From an uncultured Candidatus Saccharibacteria bacterium (GTDB lineage: Bacteria; Patescibacteriota; Minisyncoccia; Minisyncoccales; Staskawiczbacteraceae): a stretch of DNA of 64,000 bases. Below, piece after piece: positions 51,894 to 59,261 of the stretch. The position numbers and the translations under genes are program-made. The stretch spans positions 66,329 through 130,328 of the forward strand of contig CAYZNK010000003.1 in assembly GCA_964479955.1 (NCBI GenBank), written 5' to 3'. Under the pieces are notes generated by a model. It saw nothing but the letters and a program-made list of their open reading frames with translations, was not told the DNA's origin and did no database searches. The stretch's first letter is position 1; the number at the start of each line of letters is the position of its first letter.

Positions 51894-53053
51894 GTTCTAA
51901 AATTTTTACTTTTGAAAAAATTTATAAAGCCTATCTTGATTGCCGCAAAACAAAAAGAAAGACAATCAATGCCCTTAAATTTGAATTTTGTTTTGAAAAA
52001 AATATATTCTTGCTAATGGAAGAATTAAAAAATAAAACATACAAGCCCGGTCGTTCAGTCTGTTTTGTTGTAAAAAATCCTTCACCAAGGGAAATATTTG
52101 CGGCAAATTTTAAAGACAGAGTTGTTCATCATATTTTAATAAGAGAAATTGAAAAAATAGGAGAACGAAAACTTATTTATGACACGTTTTCCTGCAGAAA
52201 AAGAAAAGGAACACATCTTGCTGTTAAGAGATTAAAAAGCTTTATAAAAAAAGCTACAGAAAACCACACAAAAGAAGCGTTTTATATACAAATGGATATC
52301 TCGGGTTTTTTTATGGCAATAGACCACAATATTTTGTATTCAATTTTTGAAAAAATAATTTTAAAGCAAAAAAAGACCCGAATATGGAAAGATGATATTT
52401 TATGGCTGGCAAAAACAATTATTTTTTCAAAACCAACTGAAAATTATCTAATTAAGGGTCAGCGTTCTTTGTTTAATATTTTGCCAAAAAGAAAATCTCT
52501 TTTTTATTCTGACAGCAATAAAGGCCTGCCTATTGGAAATTATTCTTCACAATTTTTTGCCAATCTTTATTTGAATAAATTAGACCAATTTATAAAAAGA
52601 GAGTTAAAATGCAAATATTATGCAAGATATGTTGATGATTTTATATTGATTGACAGAGATAAAAACAAACTTATTGAAGCAGAAAATAAGGTGAATAATT
52701 TTTTGAAAACAGAACTTGACATGAGCCTTAATCCGAATAAAACAAAATTGAAATCGTTAGATAGCGGAATTGAATTTTTGGGATATTTTATAAAACCCCT
52801 TTGCATTTTAACCAAACAAGGGGTGGTAAAAAGGGCAAAAGAAAAAATATACAGATTCAATCAATTGGAAAATTTAAATATTGATAAAGTTATATCCGTA
52901 TTAAATTCTTATTACGGACACTTTAACCACGCTAATACATTTAATTTAAGAAAGTCAATTTTTGAAAACTGCGTGGGGGGGGGGGGCTTAAAGGGAAAGA
53001 TTTTAGTTTCAGCAGATTATAAAAAAATAATTTTGAAAAAAATCAATGCATAA
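51890..53053 (+). CDS. DGR reverse transcriptase
   Basis: RT motifs are QMDISGFFMAIDH, LPIGNYSSQFFANLYLN, YARYVDDFILI, LNPNKTKL and IEFLGYFI. Confidence 0.9.
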   Translation: MSSKIFTFEKIYKAYLDCRKTKRKTINALKFEFCFEKNIFLLMEELKNKTYKPGRSVCFVVKNPSPREIFAANFKDRVVHHILIREIEKIGERKLIYDTFSCRKRKGTHLAVKRLKSFIKKATENHTKEAFYIQMDISGFFMAIDHNILYSIFEKIILKQKKTRIWKDDILWLAKTIIFSKPTENYLIKGQRSLFNILPKRKSLFYSDSNKGLPIGNYSSQFFANLYLNKLDQFIKRELKCKYYARYVDDFILIDRDKNKLIEAENKVNNFLKTELDMSLNPNKTKLKSLDSGIEFLGYFIKPLCILTKQGVVKRAKEKIYRFNQLENLNIDKVISVLNSYYGHFNHANTFNLRKSIFENCVGGGGLKGKILVSADYKKIILKKINA

Positions 53054-53109
53054 AAAATCAGTTAAAATTTCCTTATTTAACAATTAATTGCAGTCTTTTG
53101 TGGTAGAAT

Positions 53110-53643
53110 ATGGGCATAAAACAAAATAAAGTTAAAATATATATTGACGGAGCAAATATATTTTATACTCAAAAAAGGTTGGGTTGGTTTATTGATTGGC
53201 TAAAGATAAAAAATATTATTGAAAAGGAAAAAGAAGTTGCAGAATGGAAATATTATGTTGGCGTAAAAGACGGAGATGAAAAAATGATGGATTATATAAA
53301 ATATCTTAATAATATTGGTTTTTATACAGTAACAAAATCATTGAAAAAGATTAAAGTTATCAAAGATAAAATTTCCCCCAAAACGCAAGAAAGGGAATTT
53401 ATTTATAAGGCGAATTTTGATGTGGAAATGACAGCAGATATTTTGTTGGATAAATCCAAACTGGATGAGATTATAATTTTTAGCGGCGATAGCGATTTTA
53501 GATATTTGGTTAAAAAATTAAAGGATGCAGGGATTAAAACAATGGTTTATTCATCTAGAAAAACAATATCGTGGGAATTGAAGTTAGAAATTTCAAAAAT
53601 TGTTTATTTTGAAGATATTAAAGATGAAATATTAAGGCAATAA
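53110..53643 (+). CDS. NYN-domain (LabA/DUF88-like, PIN-related) putative ribonuclease
   Basis: Motifs are KIYIDGANIFY and IIIFSGDSDFRYLVKKLKDAGIKTMVY. It is co-oriented 57 nt downstream of the RT and is followed by a hairpin. Confidence 0.75.
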   Translation: MGIKQNKVKIYIDGANIFYTQKRLGWFIDWLKIKNIIEKEKEVAEWKYYVGVKDGDEKMMDYIKYLNNIGFYTVTKSLKKIKVIKDKISPKTQEREFIYKANFDVEMTADILLDKSKLDEIIIFSGDSDFRYLVKKLKDAGIKTMVYSSRKTISWELKLEISKIVYFEDIKDEILRQ

Positions 53644-53644
53644 A

Positions 53645-53676
53645 AACCCACTCTAGCTTTCGCCAGAGTGGTTCTG
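53645..53676 (+). terminator. hairpin after the NYN gene
   Basis: CCACTCT (53648-53654) pairs with AGAGTGG (53665-53671). The T tract is weak. Confidence 0.45.
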
Positions 53677-53710
53677 TTAAACTAATTTAATTATAGCAAA
53701 TTAAAAAACC

Positions 53711-56700
53711 TTGTCAACAGCAAAAACAAAAATTAAAAGTTGGTTTTCAAAGGCAATCATTGTTGTTGCGGTTTTGCTTTATGTTTTTGGAATTGCCTTA
53801 ATTTATGCTGAAACTTATTATTCTTCGGCAATTTTGGTTTCAACAAATTTATTGTCGGGATTAACAATAAACAGCGTTGATTATTTTGGATATAATTGCA
53901 GTATTCTGGCAAACACTACATTGAAGGTTCAGTTTAGCCAGGACGGGGATTCCTGGTATTCTGCAAGCCATGTTGCAGATACATGGACGGATTTGTCAGA
54001 CGGAAGCCATCTTGATTCAGGCTCCGGGGCTATAGCTTTGTCCGGGTTTGATATTGATACGCCTAATCCTGAATTTTATTACAAAATACAGCTTAGCACA
54101 TCTGATACAGCAACAACTCCCAATTTCATTTCTGTAAATTTAATTTACAATACAGGTTCTTACGCAACCGCAACAACACAAGCCGCATCCGGAGTCTTGG
54201 CGCTCACTGCCACAGGCAACGGAAATATCACAGGCGCAGGAAGCTCAACAATAACAAAAAGAGGGTTTCAGTATGGCATAAGCCAGACAGCAAATTTAAG
54301 GGAAGTTTCTGAAACAGGAACATTTGGAACAGGGGCATTCTCATTGGAGCTTACATATTTATACGCCGGAAAAACACATTATGTGAGGTCATTTGCGCAA
54401 AACTCAGAAGGAAGGGCTTACGGAGACTGGCAGGAGTTTACAGCGCTTGATAATTATTATTATTCTTCGGCTGTTGGGGTTTCCTCAAATTTATTATCAG
54501 GACAGACAGTAAACAGCATAAACGGGTTTTTTGCCACAACAAGCATTCCTTCGGGAACAGGAATTACAGCGCAATTTAGCCAGGATAATTCTTCTTGGTA
54601 TTCGGCAGGAGGAACATTGGACGGAACAACATCTTTGTCTAACGGGGAAAACCAAATTGATTTGACAGGTCTTGGATGGTCGGGAGCCAATTTTTACTAC
54701 AAGGTTGCTTTAAGCGCTGACAGCGGAAGATTGGAAACTCCTGTGTTGCAGTCTGTTTATTTAAATTACAATGTTCCGATTGAGTCTTCGGGACCTTCAG
54801 ACAGTGGCTCTTCTGCGTCAAATCCAACACTTTCGGGAAGCGATATTGATTTTTCAATAACTGCCACTGATTCAGAGTCTGATAATTATTATCTTGCAGT
54901 CTGCAAAACAAATTCAATCACAGCCAACAATGAAGCCGTCCCAACTTGCGGGGGCGGAAATTGGTGCATTTCTGACTCAACTGTTTCTGCAAGCCAGGCT
55001 TCCTGCAGTTATACAACATCTGGCACAGATGAGGGGGATAATAGTTGGTATGCTTTTGTTTGTGACCATAATGCAGAATCTGCTTGCTCTGTTGCTATGC
55101 AGGGAACAGGGGATAATGGCTCTCCTTTTTCAGTTTACATTGACTCAACAGCTCCAACCACAACAGCAGACGCAGGAAGCTATGTTTTTGGAAATTGGTC
55201 AAAGGAAAATGTTGAAGTCTCTTTGTCCTGCGATGACGGGTCGGGTTCCGGATGCGCAACTACAAAATACTGCACAGACACAGACAACACCTGCACTCCA
55301 ACCACAGATTACACAACTGCCGTCACAATTTCCACAGAAGGCACAAGCTACATCAGGTATCTTTCAACTGACAATGCAACCAACGAGGAAACAGCCAAAA
55401 GTTCAACCGTCAAGGTTGATAAGACAGCTCCAACCACAACAGCAGACGCAGGAAGCTATGTTTTTGGAGAAACATCAACATCAGCAATCACAGTCACCTT
55501 GGTCTGTTCAGATGGTTCGGGTTCCGGATGCCTGTCCACACTTTATTGTACAGACACAGACAACACCTGCACGCCTGCAACAAGCTATACAACTGCCGTC
55601 ACAATTTCCACAGAAGGCACAAGCTACATCAGGTATCTTTCAACTGACAATGCAACCAACGAGGAAACAGCCAATTCAGAAACAATTGTAATACAAACAT
55701 CAACTTCCACTCCGTCTACAGGAGGGGGGTCTATGTGGCTTCCTATTGGTCAGCAGGAAGCAGAAGACAACAATAAACAAGAGGATGATAAAAAGCCTGC
55801 TTTAGAGATTGATAAAAACATTATTTTACAGATAGGCCAACAATTAAAAGACATGGCAGATGGAGCAATGGAATTTTTCTTTGGTAAACAGCAAACTGCG
55901 GTTTCAGAAATAACTATTCCAGAAGAAACTCCCGAGGCTTTTGAGAATATAGAGATTATGGGGGAACTGCCCGCAGAAAGTTTAGAAATTTCATTTATAG
56001 GGGACAATATCAGTTTTTTCTCCGGAAAATTGCCGGATTTCTCACAGACAATGCAGGATTTAGGAATAAATGATTTAAATAATTTAAGGGAATTGGGCGG
56101 AGCAGAATTTATTTTGCCCGGAATTGCTTCTTTTGTTGGCGTAGAAGTTGGGGATGTTGAAGTTGGCTTGAATATACCTGTAGTTTCTATTGCTAATATG
56201 AACCGGGAAGAAAAGGACAAAATTCCAACAGACATTATTTTTGCAAGAACAGCAGCAGAATCAATAGAGCATAATATGGCAATTTCAGTCAGCGATTCCG
56301 GGGATGTTGAACAGAGAATTTCATTGATAGCAAGCCAAAAAGTTGAACTGATAATAAAGCCGCAAAACACAGCCAAAAGAATAACTGGAATAGTTATTTT
56401 AAAGAATAAGCCCGAAGCAAAACTAAATCCATTTTCTGACCTGTGGAGATATTTTTCGGCTGCCTTAAGCGGGTATAACACAGACGAAGAAAATTTGGAA
56501 ACATACGGTTTGCTTTTGGATAAGTTTGAATATTTTTACGAAGGTGACGGAATTTATAAAGCAGAATTTAAGGCTCCTGTAAATGAGGGAGAATATGAAA
56601 TAATAACAATTATTGAATACGAAGAAAGCAGTTTGCGTTCAAAGGGAATAAAATTAATTGCCGCAGTTGACCCTGAGGGATATATTTTTAGGAAACTTCC

Positions 56701-57094
56701 ACAGGGAGAGCTTAGGGTGAGGGATGCATTGGTGTCAATTTATTGGCTTAATTCTGAAACCGGAGAATACGAACTTTGGCCGGCTAAAAAATATTTTCAG
56801 GAAAATCCGCAGACAACCGATGATACGGGAAGATATGTTTTTTTGGTGCCAGAGGGAATATATTACCTTAAAGTTGAAGCTAAAGGATACCACACTTATG
56901 AGGGCAGTCCGTTTTCAGTGGTCAAAGATATCGGTGTGCACAAAAATATTGAATTAAAAAAGAAGGCGGAGTGGAAAGAGTGGCTTGATTGGAAAATTTG
57001 GATAATAATAATTCTGGGCATTGTTATTGCTTTAATTGTTTATAAATACATTAAAAATTTAATTTCAAAAAATGGAACAGAAAAAAATATTTAA
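53711..57094 (+). CDS. very large surface protein with internal repeats and C-terminal TM anchor
   Basis: The start is TTG. It has an N-terminal hydrophobic segment, two ~110-aa related modules (SSA..VS.NLLSG.T.NS...QFSQD..SWYSA) and two tandem 92-aa Cys-containing modules. It also has a CarboxypepD_reg-like segment (GRYVFLVPEGIYYLKVEAKGY) and a C-terminal TM helix. Confidence 0.7.
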   Translation: MSTAKTKIKSWFSKAIIVVAVLLYVFGIALIYAETYYSSAILVSTNLLSGLTINSVDYFGYNCSILANTTLKVQFSQDGDSWYSASHVADTWTDLSDGSHLDSGSGAIALSGFDIDTPNPEFYYKIQLSTSDTATTPNFISVNLIYNTGSYATATTQAASGVLALTATGNGNITGAGSSTITKRGFQYGISQTANLREVSETGTFGTGAFSLELTYLYAGKTHYVRSFAQNSEGRAYGDWQEFTALDNYYYSSAVGVSSNLLSGQTVNSINGFFATTSIPSGTGITAQFSQDNSSWYSAGGTLDGTTSLSNGENQIDLTGLGWSGANFYYKVALSADSGRLETPVLQSVYLNYNVPIESSGPSDSGSSASNPTLSGSDIDFSITATDSESDNYYLAVCKTNSITANNEAVPTCGGGNWCISDSTVSASQASCSYTTSGTDEGDNSWYAFVCDHNAESACSVAMQGTGDNGSPFSVYIDSTAPTTTADAGSYVFGNWSKENVEVSLSCDDGSGSGCATTKYCTDTDNTCTPTTDYTTAVTISTEGTSYIRYLSTDNATNEETAKSSTVKVDKTAPTTTADAGSYVFGETSTSAITVTLVCSDGSGSGCLSTLYCTDTDNTCTPATSYTTAVTISTEGTSYIRYLSTDNATNEETANSETIVIQTSTSTPSTGGGSMWLPIGQQEAEDNNKQEDDKKPALEIDKNIILQIGQQLKDMADGAMEFFFGKQQTAVSEITIPEETPEAFENIEIMGELPAESLEISFIGDNISFFSGKLPDFSQTMQDLGINDLNNLRELGGAEFILPGIASFVGVEVGDVEVGLNIPVVSIANMNREEKDKIPTDIIFARTAAESIEHNMAISVSDSGDVEQRISLIASQKVELIIKPQNTAKRITGIVILKNKPEAKLNPFSDLWRYFSAALSGYNTDEENLETYGLLLDKFEYFYEGDGIYKAEFKAPVNEGEYEIITIIEYEESSLRSKGIKLIAAVDPEGYIFRKLPQGELRVRDALVSIYWLNSETGEYELWPAKKYFQENPQTTDDTGRYVFLVPEGIYYLKVEAKGYHTYEGSPFSVVKDIGVHKNIELKKKAEWKEWLDWKIWIIIILGIVIALIVYKYIKNLISKNGTEKNI
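55148..55699 (+). repeat. tandem 276-nt (92-codon) intragenic repeat x2
   Basis: ACAGCTCCAACCACAACAGCAGACGCAGGAAGCTATGTTTTTGGA starts at 55148 and again at 55424. A long identical stretch, ACAACTGCCGTCACAATTTCCACAGAAGGCACAAGCTACATCAGG...GAAACAGCCAA, is present in both units. Confidence 0.85.
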
Positions 57095-57431
57095 AATAGT
57101 GCTTATTTCAATATTGTGCGTTTCTTTGGCGGCAAATGCAGCCTTGCTGTTTTTGGGCGTTAAAATGTATAAAGAGCTATCGTCTGCCAGAGATTCAAAA
57201 CAGCAGAATTCAAAGATGCTGTCGTTTGCAAATATTTTTATTGAAAAGATTCTGCTGGCGGAATCTGACATTGATTTTGATACAAGGCTTGAATTGGAAA
57301 CGCGCGTAAGGTCTCTAAATGACAGCGAGATACTGAGCCAATGGCAAAAGTTTACAAAATCAGACAGCCTTAATGCAAGCAGAGAAGCAAAATATCTTTT
57401 GAATTTGCTTGTAAAAAAATCAATAAACTGA
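57072..57431 (+). CDS. small membrane-anchored hypothetical protein
   Basis: The ORF has an N-terminal hydrophobic helix. I recognise no family. Confidence 0.4.
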   Translation: MEQKKIFKIVLISILCVSLAANAALLFLGVKMYKELSSARDSKQQNSKMLSFANIFIEKILLAESDIDFDTRLELETRVRSLNDSEILSQWQKFTKSDSLNASREAKYLLNLLVKKSIN

Positions 57432-57440
57432 TAGATTTAA

Positions 57441-57563
57441 TATAGTGGAAATTAGACAGCGTTCTATCAGAAAATTATCACTTTTGGCACAAGAAAATCA
57501 AAATAAAATATAATTATCCAGCAGAAAATCGATTTTTAAAGTCGAATTTCTACTACCTGGTAT
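57441..57563. repeat. TIR-bounded cassette, copy 2 (shorter, degenerate left end)
   Basis: Positions 57484-57564 are 79/81 identical to 31112-31192 and end at the start codon of the next gene. The left end, TAGTGGAAATTAGACAG, resembles 31041-31057. Confidence 0.75.
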
Positions 57564-58092
57564 GAATTGCCCAAACGATAACGAAGAATTAGAAAAAATT
57601 TTATTCCACAACGTGGAGGTTGATTTTTGCCCTTTGTGTCTGGGAATGTGGTTTGATGACGATGAATTGAGATTGGCGAAAGACAACAAAGATAAAAATT
57701 TGAATTGGGTGGATGTTGACTTATGGAGAGACAGGGGAAGGTTTGAGGTTTTAAAAATAAGCAAGCATTGCCCTGTTTGCAGGGTGGGATTGCAGGAAAT
57801 AAAATATGACGGGTCAAAAACAAAAGTTGATTTTTGCAAAAAATGCAGAGGCGTTTGGCTGGATAGGGGAGAATTCAAGCAAATAATAAATTATTTGAAA
57901 AATAAGTCAGATTACGGAATTCTGCATAATTATACAGAAAATTTATTATCAGAATTATGGGAAGTTTTTTCGGGACCAGAAACTTTTAGGAGTGAATTGG
58001 CGGATTTTCTAACTCTTTTGAAACTATTAAATTACAAGTTTGTTGTTCAGCATCCGCACATAAACGAGCTGATTGATAAACTGCCAAAATAA
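57562..58092 (+). CDS. double zinc-ribbon protein (TFIIB-type zf domain x2)
   Basis: CPNDNEEL...VDFCPLCLGMWFDDDEL and CPVCRVGL...VDFCKKCRGVWLDRGEF match the zf-TFIIB-like pattern C..C...C..C.G.W.D..E. Confidence 0.6.
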   Translation: MNCPNDNEELEKILFHNVEVDFCPLCLGMWFDDDELRLAKDNKDKNLNWVDVDLWRDRGRFEVLKISKHCPVCRVGLQEIKYDGSKTKVDFCKKCRGVWLDRGEFKQIINYLKNKSDYGILHNYTENLLSELWEVFSGPETFRSELADFLTLLKLLNYKFVVQHPHINELIDKLPK

Positions 58093-58096
58093 TTAT

Positions 58097-58228
58097 AAAA
58101 TCCCAAATCCCAAAATCCAAATCCCAACCAAATCCTAATTCCGCCATCCAGCGGACTAAATCCCAAAACGTTTTGGGATTTGATACTTAGAGTTTTGTTG
58201 GTCATTGGGGATTGGTCATTGGGGATTT
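58097..58228. repeat. class B low-complexity hairpin element, copy 2, with nested small hairpins
   Basis: The left arm is AAAATCCCAAATCCCAAAATCCAAATCCCAACC and the right arm is TTGGTCATTGGGGATTGGTCATTGGGGATTT. Nested inside are TCCGC-CATCCA-GCGGA (58140-58156) and the perfect palindrome AAATCCCAAAACGTTTTGGGATTT (58158-58181). Confidence 0.7.
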
Positions 58229-58238
58229 CAAAAGAATC

Positions 58239-58793
58239 ATGACTACACTTTTTTATATCATATTGGCAATAATAGCAGCCGTTGCCTTTTGGCTAGTTCT
58301 TGTTTTTAATGGCTTTGTTGTTTTAAAAAACAGGGCAAAGGAGGCTTTATCTGATATTGATGTGCAGTTAAAAAGAAGGTACGACTTAATTCCAAACCTT
58401 GTTGAAACAGTAAAAGGATATGCAACGCACGAAAAAGAGATTTTTGAAAAAGTTACATTGGCAAGGGCTTCTGCAATGTCGGCCCAAGGAATGAAAAACA
58501 GGGCAGTTGCCGAAAACCAATTGTCTGAAACCTTAAAAAGTCTGTTTGCTGTTGCAGAAAATTATCCTGATTTAAAAGCTTCGCATAATTTTTTGGAGTT
58601 GCAAAGAGAAATTACTGATACGGAAGACAAAATTCAGGCCGCCCGCAGGTTTTATAACACAAATGCAAGGGATTTGAACATAAAAGTTGAAAGTTTTCCG
58701 GATAATATTATTGCGAAGTCTTTTGGATTTTCTCAAATGGAATTGTTTGAGGCAGATGCAAATGAAAAACAGCCTGTCAATGTAAAGTTCTAA
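58239..58793 (+). CDS. lemA: LemA family protein
   Basis: It has an N-terminal TM helix and the motifs DVQLKRRYDLIPNLVETVKGYA..E and ENYPDLKA...F..LQ.E...TE..I...R..YN. The start is moved to 58239. Confidence 0.85.
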   Translation: MTTLFYIILAIIAAVAFWLVLVFNGFVVLKNRAKEALSDIDVQLKRRYDLIPNLVETVKGYATHEKEIFEKVTLARASAMSAQGMKNRAVAENQLSETLKSLFAVAENYPDLKASHNFLELQREITDTEDKIQAARRFYNTNARDLNIKVESFPDNIIAKSFGFSQMELFEADANEKQPVNVKF

Positions 58794-58848
58794 TCGTTCA
58801 AGTTGTTCTAATCGTTCAAGTCGTTCAAGTTGTTCAAAGCGTTATGCG
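58794..58848. repeat. class D repeat, left arm (CGTTCAAGTTGTTC-type units) upstream of the four-helix-bundle gene
   Basis: TCGTTCAAGTTGTTCTAATCGTTCAAGTCGTTCAAGTTGTTCAAAGCGTT is imperfectly complementary to 59211-59256, largely once G:U pairs are allowed. Confidence 0.65.
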
Positions 58849-58851
58849 AAA

Positions 58852-59205
58852 ATGCAATTTAATTTTGAAAAATTAGAAGTTTGGCAATTAGGGATGCAGG
58901 TTGTTAATAGTGTTTATTCTATTGTCAAAAAATTTCCAGCAAGCGAAAGATTTGAATTAACGTCTCAAATCAAAAGAGCAGCGGTTTCAATAGTATTAAA
59001 TATTGCTGAAGGAAGCGGAAGAAAAACAAAAAAAGATTTTTGTCATTTTATCAGAATTGCAATAGGGTCTAGTCTAGAGGTGGTCACTTGTATAAAGATA
59101 GCGTTGCGGGAAAATTTTATTTCAAAACAAGAATCCGAAGAGATAATTGGTTCTATAGAAAAGATATATTTTAAATTAGTGGCCCTTGAAAAATCAATAA
59201 ACTAA
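58852..59205 (+). CDS. four-helix-bundle protein (23S rRNA intervening-sequence protein / Avd-like family)
   Basis: The motifs FEKLEVWQ......V..I...FP..ERF.L.SQI.RAA.SI..NIAEG.GR....DF..F...A.GS..E are characteristic of this family. Confidence 0.8.
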   Translation: MQFNFEKLEVWQLGMQVVNSVYSIVKKFPASERFELTSQIKRAAVSIVLNIAEGSGRKTKKDFCHFIRIAIGSSLEVVTCIKIALRENFISKQESEEIIGSIEKIYFKLVALEKSIN

Positions 59206-59210
59206 CTTTT

Positions 59211-59256
59211 AGGGAATCGTTTTGAACAAATTAAACATTTAGAACGGTTTGAACAT
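59211..59256. repeat. class D repeat, right arm downstream of the four-helix-bundle gene
   Basis: The reverse complement of AGGGAATCGTTTTGAACAAATTAAACATTTAGAACGGTTTGAACAT aligns to the left arm. Confidence 0.65.
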
Positions 59257-59261
59257 ATATT

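Larger units (their letters stand above)
48744..53053 (+). mobile_element. diversity-generating retroelement cassette (target-VR, TR, avd, RT)
   Basis: See the component features. The TR/VR pair has adenine-only mismatches and is followed by an Avd-like gene and a DGR-type RT. Confidence 0.88.

Noticed and set aside
54894-56481. 265-aa (+, alternate frame) and 243-aa (-) ORFs inside the 1127-aa surface protein gene.
   Set aside because: They overlap a longer ORF with coherent domain and repeat structure, a signal-like N-terminus and a TM anchor. The alternates are Q/T/P-rich or S/I-rich low complexity generated by the repeats.
48744-57094. Search for a second VR (another copy of the TR core CTATTGGTCGTCTTCCGAG or GTGCGCTGCGTCCGAGGG) in neighbouring surface-protein genes.
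   Set aside because: I found only the one VR at 50997-51125 by eye. The 1127-aa neighbour and the 26507 protein have no TR-like segment.
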